61,742 nt of DNA from Actinomycetota bacterium (GCA_046727475.1 JBKPCP010000047.1:1-61742), one strand, 5' to 3'. Positions 19,287 through 29,023 are shown, counted from the first letter of the stretch. The notes: generated by a model not told the origin, from the sequence alone. Made by a program: numbers and translations.

Positions 19287-19589
19287 TCAACCCCTCAACA
19301 CGTAGCCGAGCTCGAGCGCGGCCAGGACGGCGACGAGGAGGCTGACACCGGCCGGGAGCCGGCCGTCCGGAAGTGGCGGATTCTCCTGTGTCGTGGCGCG
19401 GTACCGACGGCCCGCACCGATGAGAACCCCGACGGCGAGCGGCAGCGCCACGAGTGTGACGGCGACCGCGAGCGCACCGAGCCGATCCACGCTCAGCCGG
19501 GCAGCGAGCAGCACCGCGCCGAGCAGGGCGAGCGCGGTACGGACCCATGCCAGCGCCGTGCGCTCGGTGTGCAGGCCTCGACCGTCCAC
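19287..19589 (-). CDS. DUF202 (YidH-like) membrane protein
   Basis: GLHTERTALAWVRTALALLG motif plus TM segments. Confidence 0.75.
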   Translation of the reverse strand: MDGRGLHTERTALAWVRTALALLGAVLLAARLSVDRLGALAVAVTLVALPLAVGVLIGAGRRYRATTQENPPLPDGRLPAGVSLLVAVLAALELGYVLRG

Positions 19590-19592
19590 GGC

Positions 19593-19976
19593 TCAGCCGG
19601 CCAGCACCGACACCACCACAATGGCGGCCACCACGACCAGCCCGAATGCCAGCAACGGCGCCAGCGCGGGCGATGGCAGGGGCCGGGACTGCCGAAGCGC
19701 CCGCTCGGCGCGGGCCCACCGTGCGAAGGCAGCGCCGCTCGCGACCGCACCGAGCACGACGAGCGCGGTGACCAACCCCCGCCGGGGACCGTCGGACGCG
19801 GGGACGTCGAGACCCTCGAGCGCGACGCCGGTGGCAAGCAGCGCAAGTCCGGTCCTGATCCACGCCAGGAACGTGCGTTCGTTCGCGAAGCTGAAACGGG
19901 GATCGGGTTCGTCGCCGACACCGTAGACCTGCTGGGGCCACCGCGGCCTCGGTGGATCACCCTGGCCAACGCTCAG
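19593..19976 (-). CDS. DUF202 (YidH-like) membrane protein, probable CTG start
   Basis: My translation upstream of the 60-aa track ORF gives ..RPRWPQQVYGVGDEPDPRFSFANERTFLAWIRTGLALLATG.. with no ATG/GTG/TTG. The CTG at 19974..19976 overlaps the upstream TGA. Confidence 0.55.
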   Translation of the reverse strand: MSVGQGDPPRPRWPQQVYGVGDEPDPRFSFANERTFLAWIRTGLALLATGVALEGLDVPASDGPRRGLVTALVVLGAVASGAAFARWARAERALRQSRPLPSPALAPLLAFGLVVVAAIVVVSVLAG

Positions 19977-20572
19977 CGGGGCACCTCCTGGTCCGACCGC
20001 CGATGCCGCCCGGGCGTGCGCAGCCCGGGAGCGGTGCCGCTGTCACGTGCTGCGCCGGGCTGAGTATCGACGTTCGGATCGGATGCTGAGCTGGGCTGCC
20101 GGGGGTGTCCGTTGAAGAAGCTCGAACGGGACCCGCCGACCGACTCCACGTCGCCGACCGGCTCGGCACCTTCCGAGCGTGCCGCTGCGCCACCACCTGC
20201 CTCGGCTGGCGAGTGAGGTCGCGCCCCCACGTTGCTGGGATCGATGGCCGCGATCGTCCCCGCCGACTGGCTGGCCCGCACCGCCGCGCGCCGCCGCGCA
20301 CGGCGCCCGCTTCCGGACGTGCCGGGCAGCTCCTCCAGATCACGGACCGGGGCGTCGATCCACTGGATGCTGGTCGCCTCGCCATGGCCGTGAACGGCCA
20401 GCATGTGTTCCAGCGACTCCCAGATGCTGGTTGCCGGATGGTTGGAGCACCAGCGCAGCACCACGTGGCCGTCGGAGAAGGTGATGCCGTACGCGACGAC
20501 GCCGATCCCCGATACCCCGGTGTAGTCGATGTGCCGGACGAGAGCGAACCTGCGAGGGAGCACCGTCGTCAC
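19973..20572 (-). CDS. Hypothetical protein (compact N-domain, disordered Gly/Ala/Arg-rich tail)
   Basis: FALVRHIDYTGVSGIGVVAYGITFSDGHVVLRWCS..VHGHGEATSIQW looks like a folded conserved domain. No family recognised. Confidence 0.5.
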   Translation of the reverse strand: MTTVLPRRFALVRHIDYTGVSGIGVVAYGITFSDGHVVLRWCSNHPATSIWESLEHMLAVHGHGEATSIQWIDAPVRDLEELPGTSGSGRRARRRAAVRASQSAGTIAAIDPSNVGARPHSPAEAGGGAAARSEGAEPVGDVESVGGSRSSFFNGHPRQPSSASDPNVDTQPGAARDSGTAPGLRTPGRHRRSDQEVPR

Positions 20573-20777
20573 CCGATGTCACTCGACCGGCCGGGCCACT
20601 AGGCCCTCGGCGGCGAGCGATGGCCGGTTCACCCGGTCATCCTGCTGGACGCGCCCACCCGGTGTCACCACTCCACGCCGCTCCGCCGGATCTCGGTCGC
20701 AACACCGACGTACCTGACGGCGGTCGTCGTGACTCCACGACGTCCGAACCGCGCTGGCATGAGGTGGACGATATGCC

Positions 20778-21236
20778 TCAGCGTGCGACCTGTGGCCGCC
20801 GGTCACCCCAGAGATAGCGCGGTCCGCTGCCGAGAGCCGCTGCCTGGTCGCCCGGGTTGTAGAGGTTGCACGCATTGAGCGACAGGCAACCGCAGCCGAT
20901 GCACTCACCGAGCTCGTCCCGCAGGCGCTGCAGTTCGGAGATCCGCTGGTCGAGTCGCGACTGCCAGGCGCGCGACAGCCGACCCCAGTCGGCCGCGGTG
21001 GGCGTGCGTGCACTCGGTAGCGTGTCCAGGGCCTCCCGGATCTCGTCCAACGTCAACCCGCACCGCTGAGCCGCACGGACGAAGGCAACCCGACGCAGCG
21101 TGGAACGGGGGTACACCCGGTGCCCACCGGATGTCCGTTCCGACGACAGCAGGCCGCGCGCCTCGTAGAAGCGAAGCGCCGATGTCGCGGCCCCGCTGCG
21201 TTCCGCCAACTCGCCGATCGTCAGACGTGCACCCAT
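20778..21236 (-). CDS. soxR: Redox-sensitive transcriptional activator SoxR (MerR family)
   Basis: MerR HTH (LTIGELAERSG) and the [2Fe-2S] motif CIGCGCLSLNACNLYNPGD. Confidence 0.9.
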   Translation of the reverse strand: MGARLTIGELAERSGAATSALRFYEARGLLSSERTSGGHRVYPRSTLRRVAFVRAAQRCGLTLDEIREALDTLPSARTPTAADWGRLSRAWQSRLDQRISELQRLRDELGECIGCGCLSLNACNLYNPGDQAAALGSGPRYLWGDRRPQVAR

Positions 21237-21242
21237 CTACGC

Positions 21243-21265
21243 CCTCAACTTCAACCTAACTTGAG
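21243..21265. promoter_or_regulatory. SoxR-box-like inverted repeat with extended centre
   Basis: CCTCAACTT-caacct-AACTTGAG. The canonical box is CCTCAAGTTAACTTGAGG. The site lies 6 nt from the soxR ATG. Confidence 0.4.
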
Positions 21266-21371
21266 TTTGCACTCTAACCGATGATCTAGGCCGTGGTGGA
21301 GCCGGGACTCCCGGTGCGGGGCGACCGCACGCTAGGGTGCGGCACCGCCGCAGAACATCGAGGAGGGTTGC

Positions 21372-21629
21372 ATGGAGCCCAGTGCCGACGTCGACGCGAT
21401 GATCGTCGACGCCGTGAGGAACATCCGTGACCGGTTCGGATCCGACGGACTGCGCGAGATGATCGCGCTCGCCGACCGGGAGATCAACGGTGTGGAGCGT
21501 GCCGTGGCCGGCCTCGGCGACGACACCCGGGCGGCCGGCTCGGCCGCGGGGTACGACGCGGCGGACACGCAGGCGTGGATCGCATATACCAGCCAGGACT
21601 CCGACCACGCGGCGGACGACGGCGACTGA
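21372..21629 (+). CDS. Small acidic hypothetical protein
   Basis: 85-aa ORF divergent from soxR. High GC3. No recognised family. Confidence 0.4.
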   Translation: MEPSADVDAMIVDAVRNIRDRFGSDGLREMIALADREINGVERAVAGLGDDTRAAGSAAGYDAADTQAWIAYTSQDSDHAADDGD

Positions 21630-21650
21630 AGTCCGAGCCAGCTCGCGAGG

Positions 21651-23045
21651 TCAGGTGGCCCGGAGTGTCTCGAGGAACTCGCGGGCCCAGCGCGCGATGT
21701 CGTAAGTCATGACGTGGTCGCGCAGCCGCCGCATCCGCTCCTCGGCCTCGGCGTCGGGCAGCCGCATGGCCTCGCACAGCGTTCGCTTGAGTCCGTCGAT
21801 GTCGTGCGGATTGACCAGGAACGCGCCGTCGAGCTCGTCGGCAGCACCCGCGAACTCCGACAGGACGAGCGCACCGCGCAGGTCGGTCCGCGCGGCGACG
21901 TACTCCTTGGCGACGAGGTTCATCCCGTCGCGCAGCGGCGTCACGACCATGACGTCTGCAGCCCGAAGAAGGGCGACCAGCTCGGCCCGGTCGTACGACG
22001 AGTGCAGGTAGTGGACGGCGGGCTGGCCGATCCGGCCGTATTCGCCGTTGATGCGCCCCACCTGGAGCTCGATGTCGTCACGCAGCGTCTGGTAGGCCTC
22101 GACCCGTTCCCGGCTCGGCGTGGCCACCTGGACGAAGACCGCCTCGTCGGGCGACACCTCGCCGTCGGCCAACAGCTCGCTCCAGGCCTTGAGCCGGTGG
22201 CCGATCCCCTTCGTGTAGTCGAGCCGGTCGACGCCCAGCAGCACGTGCTCGGGTGATCCGACCTCTTCGCGGACGGTGGCGCAGCGGGCGAGAACATCCG
22301 GATCCGACGCAAGCCGGGAGACCTCGCTAACCTCGATCGAGATCGGGAAGGCCCGCGCCAGTACCTTCCGCCCGTCGTCGACCAGCACCAGGTCGTCGGT
22401 GGCCACAGCGTCGGTGAACCGCGCACACAGCCCGACGAAGTTGTCAGCCGCGCCGAGCCGCTGGAACCCCACCAGGTCGGCGCCGAGCAGTCCTTCCAGG
22501 ATCTGACGCCGCCACGGGAGCTGGGCAAACAGCTCGCCGGGTGGGAACGGGATGTGCAGGAAGAATCCGATCTTCACGTCCGGCCGCAGCTCGCGAAGCA
22601 TCCGCGGGACCAGCTGGAGCTGGTAGTCCTGCACGAACACGACGGCGCCGTTGGCCGCGACCGAGGCTGCCGCCTCGGCGAACCGTCGGTTGACCCGCCG
22701 GTAGGCGTCCCACCACTCCCGGTGGAACTCCGGCGCGACGATGACGTCGTGGTAGAGCGGCCACAGCGTGGCGTTCGAGAACCCCTCGTAGTAGTGGCTC
22801 GTCTCCTCGGCGGACAGTGGGACCGCCACCAGGTCCATGTTCTCGGAGGAGAACGGCTCGGGCACATCGTCCGGCGAGCCGGTCCAGCCAACCCAAGCGC
22901 CGTCGTAGGAGCGCATCACCGGGGCAAGGGCGGTGACGAGGCCGCCAGGGCTCCGCCGCCAGGTCGTCGCACCGTCTTCGCCGGTCACCCGGTCGACCGG
23001 AAGCCGGTTGGCCACCACGACGAAGCTGCTCGTGCCCATGCGCAT
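21651..23045 (-). CDS. otsA: Alpha,alpha-trehalose-phosphate synthase
   Basis: [20 protein letters not shown] and [16 protein letters not shown] motifs. ATG at 23045 behind GAGGGAGG. Confidence 0.9.
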   Translation of the reverse strand: MRMGTSSFVVVANRLPVDRVTGEDGATTWRRSPGGLVTALAPVMRSYDGAWVGWTGSPDDVPEPFSSENMDLVAVPLSAEETSHYYEGFSNATLWPLYHDVIVAPEFHREWWDAYRRVNRRFAEAAASVAANGAVVFVQDYQLQLVPRMLRELRPDVKIGFFLHIPFPPGELFAQLPWRRQILEGLLGADLVGFQRLGAADNFVGLCARFTDAVATDDLVLVDDGRKVLARAFPISIEVSEVSRLASDPDVLARCATVREEVGSPEHVLLGVDRLDYTKGIGHRLKAWSELLADGEVSPDEAVFVQVATPSRERVEAYQTLRDDIELQVGRINGEYGRIGQPAVHYLHSSYDRAELVALLRAADVMVVTPLRDGMNLVAKEYVAARTDLRGALVLSEFAGAADELDGAFLVNPHDIDGLKRTLCEAMRLPDAEAEERMRRLRDHVMTYDIARWAREFLETLRAT

Positions 23046-23155
23046 CACGGGGCCTCCCTCGTCTTCCACCGTAACCAACCCCAGTGCGCCCGACATCTCG
23101 GGTACATCGGCCTGTCGAATCACTGAGCCGGCAGCGCCTTTCGTACGATGCCGGA

Positions 23156-23467
23156 ATGGAAGCCGCGCCCCGAGCAGTCACCAAGTTCCTTCCCGCCGAC
23201 ACGTCTGCTGTAACCGGGGAGCTCGACGAGCGCGACCGCGCGGTCCTCGAGTTCGAGCGCCAGTGGTGGAAGTACGCAGGTGCCAAGGAGCAGGCCGTCC
23301 GGGATCTGTTCGACATGTCGGCGACGCGCTACTACCAGGTGCTCAACGCCTTGATCGACCGCCCGGAGGCGCTGGTCCACGACCCGATGCTGGTCAAGCG
23401 GCTGCGCCGGCTGCGGTCGAGTCGGCAGCGGGCCCGGTCGGCGCGGCGGCTCGGTTTCGACGCCTGA
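23156..23467 (+). CDS. DUF3263 domain protein
   Basis: [46 protein letters not shown] is the DUF3263 pattern. Start uncertain. Confidence 0.7.
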   Translation: MEAAPRAVTKFLPADTSAVTGELDERDRAVLEFERQWWKYAGAKEQAVRDLFDMSATRYYQVLNALIDRPEALVHDPMLVKRLRRLRSSRQRARSARRLGFDA

Positions 23468-23479
23468 CGGTCGGGCTGT

Positions 23480-25348
23480 TCAGCCGAGCTCGCTGTCGGC
23501 GAAGCACCAGCGCCAGCTTTCGCCCGGCTCCGCCGAACGCATGACCGGGTGGCCCTCGCCCTCGTAGTGCAGGCGGGCGTGTCTGCGCGGCGAGGAGTCG
23601 CAGCACCCCATGTACCCACAGGCCAGACAGGTCCGCAGGTGTACCCAGTCGTGTCGGCCCTCGGCCTGGCAGCCCTCGCATCCGGTGGACCGCGTCTGTA
23701 CCGAGGCGGGTGCCGCGGCGAGGTGTGGGCAGGGCTCGCGCACCGAGGTGCCTGCGGATAGTTCCCGGCGGTCCGTGGCATCCTCCACTCGCGCTCTTCG
23801 CAGGAGCAGCGTCTCCTCGAGGTCGAGTTCGACCTGAACCTGCCGCAACACGTCGTCGTCGAGGTCGCCGGAGTCGCGCATCCGCACGAACACCTCGCGC
23901 TCGGCATTGAGCATCTCGCGGCGCAGCCGCTGGTAGGTCCGGCTCGGCGGCTCGCTGCCGTCGGTCCGGCCCAGCCGCTCCCAAGCGACCAGTCCGCGCC
24001 GCTCCGCGTCAACACGCAGCTTGTCGACCACCCACGGCGGAACATCCTGCTCCGCCACGATGTCGTCGAGCCGCCGCAGCGCCGCCTCGACGGCATCCTC
24101 CTGCACGTTTGCGATCGCCAGGGCGTCCATGCGCGGGTCCTGGGGCCGCACGCCGACCAGCCGGATCAGCGCCGGCAGGGTGAGGCCTTGCAGCACCAGG
24201 GTGCCGAAGATGACGACGACGGCGACGAGGAGGGCGAGATCGCGGTGCGGGAAGCCCAGCGGCAGTGATTGCGCGGCGGCCAGGGAGACCACGCCACGCA
24301 TGCCGGCCCATGAGACCACCGCCAGGTTCGACCAGCGGGGCCGGCCGAGGTCGAGGTGCGGCACGATCCGCGCGAGTGCAGCGATCCCGAAGATCCATAG
24401 TGGCCGGACCAGGATGACGGCCGCCAGTGCGGCGGCGCTGGCGGCGACGACCGTGCCGACCGGTTCGGTGACGTTCTCTACGACGGCCGGGAGCTGCAGT
24501 CCGATCAGGGCGAAGACGGCGCCTTCCAGCACGAACTGCACGCTGCGCCACATCGACGCGTCCGTGATCCTGGCCTCGGGACCCTGTTCGACGGGGGAGC
24601 GGTGACCGAGAATCAGCCCCATGACCACCACTGCGATCACGCCGGAGCCGCCGAGCTGCTCGGCGCCGAGGTAGGCACCGAACGGGGCGACCAGCGACAG
24701 TGCGATGCCGGATAGGAGGTCGATGCCCCGCCGGCGGAGCCAACCCAACGCGTAGGCTCCGGCGATGCCGACGGCTGCTCCCCCTGCCGTGGCCACCGCG
24801 AACTCCCGGCCCACGTCGAGGACGCTGACCGACCCGGCCGCCGTGGCCGCCACAATGGCGATCCGCAGCGTGGTGAGTGCTGTCGCATCGTCGAACAGGC
24901 TCTCGCCCTCGAGGATCGTGATGGTGCGCCGAGGCATTCCGGTACGCCGGGCGATTGCGGTCGCCGCCACTGCGTCGGGGGGCGCGACGATGGCCCCGAT
25001 GGCCAGCGCCGCGGCCAGGGACAGGCCCGGGACGAGTGGCTTGACGGCCAAGGCGACCGCGGCGGTCGTGAGCAGGACCAGGGCGACCGCCAGGAGGAGG
25101 ACCGGACGCTTCACGTCGCGGAGTCCCACGTAGGAGGAGCCGAGCGCGGCCGCGAACAGCAGCGGAGGCAGCAACCCGTAGAAGACGAGCTCCGGCTCGA
25201 TCTCGATCTCCGGAACCCACGGCAGCGTGCCGATAACGACCCCGGCCAGGACGAGGAGTACCGGGGATGGCACCCGCAGCACGGATGCCAGCCGCGAGAC
25301 CGCCACCACCCCGACCACGAGGACCACCAGCAGGGCGACATCGTTCAC
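23480..25348 (-). CDS. CPA1-type Na+/H+ antiporter fused to a C-terminal UBP-type zinc finger
   Basis: Polytopic N-terminal part of about 530 aa. The last 83 aa, C..CEGC..W.HLRTCLACGYMGCCDSSPRRHARLHYEGEGHP, form a zf-UBP domain. GTG start at 25348. Confidence 0.85.
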   Translation of the reverse strand: MNDVALLVVLVVGVVAVSRLASVLRVPSPVLLVLAGVVIGTLPWVPEIEIEPELVFYGLLPPLLFAAALGSSYVGLRDVKRPVLLLAVALVLLTTAAVALAVKPLVPGLSLAAALAIGAIVAPPDAVAATAIARRTGMPRRTITILEGESLFDDATALTTLRIAIVAATAAGSVSVLDVGREFAVATAGGAAVGIAGAYALGWLRRRGIDLLSGIALSLVAPFGAYLGAEQLGGSGVIAVVVMGLILGHRSPVEQGPEARITDASMWRSVQFVLEGAVFALIGLQLPAVVENVTEPVGTVVAASAAALAAVILVRPLWIFGIAALARIVPHLDLGRPRWSNLAVVSWAGMRGVVSLAAAQSLPLGFPHRDLALLVAVVVIFGTLVLQGLTLPALIRLVGVRPQDPRMDALAIANVQEDAVEAALRRLDDIVAEQDVPPWVVDKLRVDAERRGLVAWERLGRTDGSEPPSRTYQRLRREMLNAEREVFVRMRDSGDLDDDVLRQVQVELDLEETLLLRRARVEDATDRRELSAGTSVREPCPHLAAAPASVQTRSTGCEGCQAEGRHDWVHLRTCLACGYMGCCDSSPRRHARLHYEGEGHPVMRSAEPGESWRWCFADSELG

Positions 25349-25431
25349 GCATCCATCCTGCCCGGCCGGCTCGTGCGATGCCGGAGCGCCTTTCGCGCGG
25401 TAGCCGTGCCGTGGCGTAACCTCCTGATCCC

Positions 25432-25959
25432 GTGACGGTCCGCGAGCGATTCGACCGGGCGTGGCCCTCGCTGGTGGCGCTGCTCGGGACGGTCGCCGTC
25501 GTTGCCGTCCTGCTCGTGCTCTTCGGTGGCGACGTCGAGCCCAGCAGCCCGGACGATGCAGCGGCCGGCTCGGACGGCGCGAGCACCCCGGCTCCCACCG
25601 AGGTCGGTACGCCGACACCCGGCGAGACAGCGCCGGCCGCGCCGGTCACCGCACCGGCAGAGCTGCGTGAGGACGTCGCGATCCTCAACGGAACCGACGT
25701 GACCGGCCTTGCGGCCGAGGCTCAACAGCAGTTGGAGGCGGGCGGCTGGATCGTTCCCGCGATCGACACGTTCACGGGCGACATCGCCGAGACCACGGTC
25801 TTCTACCCCGACGGCATGCAGGACTCCGCCGAGGCGCTGGCTGCCCAGTTCCCGGTCGAGATCGCACGGGTGGCGCCCACCATCGCGGGCCTCACGACAC
25901 AGCGGCTGGTCCTGATCGTCGCCGAGGACTACGTGGAGGCGATCGGGGCCACGCGGTGA
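25432..25959 (+). CDS. LytR C-terminal (LytR_C) domain protein
   Basis: N-terminal TM, Pro/Ala linker, then VAILNGTDVTGLAAEAQQQLEAGGW..TTVFYP. Confidence 0.7.
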   Translation: MTVRERFDRAWPSLVALLGTVAVVAVLLVLFGGDVEPSSPDDAAAGSDGASTPAPTEVGTPTPGETAPAAPVTAPAELREDVAILNGTDVTGLAAEAQQQLEAGGWIVPAIDTFTGDIAETTVFYPDGMQDSAEALAAQFPVEIARVAPTIAGLTTQRLVLIVAEDYVEAIGATR

Positions 25960-26765
25960 GCAGCCTGCCCGTTCCCTCGACGCAGGACGGACGTTCCGCT
26001 CTCGCCGCAGTCCTGGCCGAACCGGCGAAAGCCTTGGTGGCGCTCGACTTCGACGGAACGCTGTCGCCCATCGTGGAGCGACCCGAGCAGGCATACGCAC
26101 AGCCGGGCGCGGCCAACGCTCTGGCGGCACTCGCCCGCATCCTGGGTCGGGTGGCGATCGTCACCGGTCGTCCGGCGGCAGACGTCGTCCGGCGGAGTGG
26201 ACTTGCCGACGTGGACCGCCTGGTCGTGCTCGGCCACTACGGACTCGAGCGGTGGACGGCAGGAGCCCTCACCACGCCGGACCCGCATCCGGGCGTGGCC
26301 GCTGCCCGCAAGGCAGCAGCCTCGCTCGTCGCCGACGCGCCGCCCGGTGTCACGCTCGAGGACAAGGGCCACTCGGTGGCGATTCACACTCGTCGTGCCG
26401 CAGATCCGGCGGCGGCGCTCGACGCGGTGCAGCCGGCCGTCGAGCAGATCGCACGCGACGCCGGACTCGAGGTGGCTCCGGGCCGGTACGTTCTCGAGCT
26501 GCGGCCGCCGGGCACGGACAAGGGGGTGGCGTTGCGCGCGCTCGTCGCCGAGGCCGGAGCGCGTTCGGTGGTGTTCCTCGGCGACGACCTGGGCGACCTT
26601 CCGGCGGTCGCGGCGCTGCGCGAGTTGGACGTGGCCGGACTCGTGGTGTGCAGCGACTCCGACGAGGCCCCGGACGTCCTGCGGCTCGAGGCAGATCTGG
26701 TGGTCGACGGACCGCCGGGAGTCATCGCCTTCCTCGATGCCTTGGCGACCGCCCTGTCGGCATGA
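25956..26765 (+). CDS. otsB: Trehalose-phosphatase
   Basis: LVALDFDGTLSPIV (HAD motif I) and FLGDDLGD. GTGA overlap with the upstream gene. Confidence 0.85.
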   Translation: MSSLPVPSTQDGRSALAAVLAEPAKALVALDFDGTLSPIVERPEQAYAQPGAANALAALARILGRVAIVTGRPAADVVRRSGLADVDRLVVLGHYGLERWTAGALTTPDPHPGVAAARKAAASLVADAPPGVTLEDKGHSVAIHTRRAADPAAALDAVQPAVEQIARDAGLEVAPGRYVLELRPPGTDKGVALRALVAEAGARSVVFLGDDLGDLPAVAALRELDVAGLVVCSDSDEAPDVLRLEADLVVDGPPGVIAFLDALATALSA

Positions 26766-26819
26766 TGACGGATGTGCGGTGGCCTTCCCGATCGGTCATC
26801 GCGGTGCCAGGCTGTCGCC

Positions 26820-27563
26820 ATGTCCTTCGACGATCATGCTCGGCCGCCGTTGCCCCCGGCGGCGGCTGCCGTGAGCGACCACGGTGAGGTCCACCTCCAG
26901 TCCGCAGATGGCACGGAGTTCGCCGCTTATTACGCCTACCCGGTGGTACGTGCCCGTACCGGGATCGTGGTCATGCCCGACGTAAGAGGGCTGCACGGCT
27001 TCTACCAGGAGCTTGCTCAGCGGTTCGCCCAGGTCGGCATGCTCGCCGTGGCCATCGACTACTTCGGCCGTACGGCAGGAGTCGAACTGCGTGACGACAC
27101 CTTCCCGTACCGCGACCACGCCGAGAAGGTCGAACCTGCGCAGGTCGATCTCGATGTCGCGGCCGCGGTCGCGTGGCTGCGAGCGGACCTCGACCACGAC
27201 GTGACCTCGGTGTTCACGGTCGGCTTCTCTGCCGGCGGGTCGCTGTCGTGGGCGCAGTCCGGCGCGGGCCAAGGCGTCGCCGGCTGCGTGGGGTTCTACG
27301 GCAGGCCGTCGCTGGTGACGTACCGGCTGCCGGCTCTGCAGGCACCGCTGCTCCTGTTGGCCGCGGGCCGGGACGACACACCCGTCGAGGAGGTCGAGGA
27401 GTTCGCCGAACAGGTGCGGTCCGCCGGGGTGGAGGCCGAACTGCACGTGTATCCCGGCGCCCCGCACAGCTTCTTCGATCGCATGGCCGGCGAGCACCAG
27501 GCAGCCTGTGCCGACGCATGGATGCGGATGCTGTCGTTCATCGACCGCCACGCCCGCGTCTGA
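26820..27563 (+). CDS. Dienelactone hydrolase family protein
   Basis: GIVVMPDVRGLHGFY, GFSAGG nucleophile elbow and a C-terminal PGAPHSF motif. Confidence 0.8.
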   Translation: MSFDDHARPPLPPAAAAVSDHGEVHLQSADGTEFAAYYAYPVVRARTGIVVMPDVRGLHGFYQELAQRFAQVGMLAVAIDYFGRTAGVELRDDTFPYRDHAEKVEPAQVDLDVAAAVAWLRADLDHDVTSVFTVGFSAGGSLSWAQSGAGQGVAGCVGFYGRPSLVTYRLPALQAPLLLLAAGRDDTPVEEVEEFAEQVRSAGVEAELHVYPGAPHSFFDRMAGEHQAACADAWMRMLSFIDRHARV

Positions 27564-28347
27564 TCCAGGTCCAGGTCATGGTGGTGACGAGCGGAGCCTC
27601 GGGGGTGACGACGAGCGGTTCGAGCGTCAGGGCGTCGGGTGGACCGGTCTGGGGCTCGACGCAGACCGCGTCGTCGAGCTGGTCGTAGACGACTGCGTAG
27701 CGCGTGTCGCCGCCGACCTCGAGCCGCAGGGCTCCCGGCCAGTGCAGGACGACCGGCCACCGGACGTCGACGAAGCAGTCGTCCCACGGCCCGCTCCTCA
27801 CGGGGGCCCGTACGCCGGTCGGGATGCCGTCGGCGTCGCGCGGCAGCATCGCGGCCGCGTCCAACGTGATCTGCACCGGGCCACCGTGGGCGAGCCGGCG
27901 GCGGAACCACGGGTGCCAACCTGCCGAGGCCGGGAACGGCGCATCCACCGCATGGACCTCGATGCGGAACGTGGCGCCGTCGCCTTCCAGGCTGACCCTC
28001 TGCCGGACCTTGCCGCGCCACGGCCAGGAATCACCGAGAGCGCACTCGAGCTCGGCTGAGGTGTCAGTGGTGGCCGGCGCGACCGTCCAGGGTCGGTCGA
28101 GGACGGTCCCATGGATCGCGTGCGGAGGCATCCGGTCCGTTGGCAGGTCGTAGGTCGTGCCGGCGAAGGTGAACCGCCCCCGGCGGATCCGACCGGCCCA
28201 CGGCGCCATCACGAAGCTGCCCCAGTGCACCGCCGTGCCGTGGACGCGGGCCAGGACGGGCAGCCCGTCGACGAGCAGCTGCGCGACGCGACCTCCGGCA
28301 GCCGGGTCGAGGTTGAGCTCCGCCGGCCCGTTCCGCAGCACGATCAT
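27538..28347 (-). CDS. Aldose 1-epimerase family protein
   Basis: GSFVMAPWAGRIRRGRFTFAGTTYDLP..HAIHG pattern. ATG at 28347. Confidence 0.75.
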   Translation of the reverse strand: MIVLRNGPAELNLDPAAGGRVAQLLVDGLPVLARVHGTAVHWGSFVMAPWAGRIRRGRFTFAGTTYDLPTDRMPPHAIHGTVLDRPWTVAPATTDTSAELECALGDSWPWRGKVRQRVSLEGDGATFRIEVHAVDAPFPASAGWHPWFRRRLAHGGPVQITLDAAAMLPRDADGIPTGVRAPVRSGPWDDCFVDVRWPVVLHWPGALRLEVGGDTRYAVVYDQLDDAVCVEPQTGPPDALTLEPLVVTPEAPLVTTMTWTWIRRGRGGR

Positions 28348-28790
28348 TGGAACCGCCCGGACCCGCCGCGGCGGAATACCTGCCGGAGCGGACGCTCCCG
28401 ATAGCCACCGTCGGTCAGGCCGGCCGACCGCTCGAACAGGTTCCTGGATGCGGGATCCCCCGTGCAGATCCACGACCAGCCGGCCGCCAGCCCGTAGAGC
28501 GGGAGCAGGACCGGACCGAAGCACAGCGCGTACTGGCTCGCGTGCCGGCTCTCATGGGTGAGCAGCATCGGCCGACGCAGGTGGACCGACTCGTCGTCCC
28601 TGAACATCACGACGTTGCCGAGCGTGAAGACGGGGTTGGTCGGCAGCCGCAGCCGGTAGCCGTAGCCGAGGAGCAGGCCGTCGGGTCCGGTGCGCAGCTG
28701 AGCCCCGCCCAACGCGGCCACACCCAGGCCGAGCAATGTGGACAGGTTGATCACGTTGACGATCTGACGGATCCGGTGGGCCGGTCTCAC
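28344..28790 (-). CDS. Hypothetical membrane protein with HExxH motif
   Basis: 148 aa containing LLTHESRHASQY. GTG at 28790 behind GGAAGGA. ATGA overlap with the epimerase gene. Confidence 0.5.
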   Translation of the reverse strand: MRPAHRIRQIVNVINLSTLLGLGVAALGGAQLRTGPDGLLLGYGYRLRLPTNPVFTLGNVVMFRDDESVHLRRPMLLTHESRHASQYALCFGPVLLPLYGLAAGWSWICTGDPASRNLFERSAGLTDGGYRERPLRQVFRRGGSGRFQ

Positions 28791-28921
28791 GCCGTCATCC
28801 TTCCGTGAACCGGCACCAAGCCGCGACGGCCTCCCACCCACCGCGGACTGAGATGGCAGTCTCGGATGGTGGACCGAGCTGCCGTGCACGTCGTCGTCGT
28901 GCGTAAGGTCGCGGGCAAGAA

Positions 28922-29023
28922 CTCATCCAGAGGGGCAGAGGGACCGGCCCGGTGAAGCCCCGGCAACCACCCGCGCGACGGGACAGGTGCCAACTCCGGC
29001 CCGCAAGACGCGGGAAAGATGAG
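28922..29023 (+). promoter_or_regulatory. SAM-I (S-box) riboswitch
   Basis: CTCATCCAGAGGGGCAGAGGGACCGGCCCGGTGAAGCCCCGGCAACC...GGTGCCAACTCCGGC...GAAAGATGAG matches the S-box core almost base for base. The P1 3' strand overlaps the SD GAGGAGG of the next gene. Confidence 0.9.
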
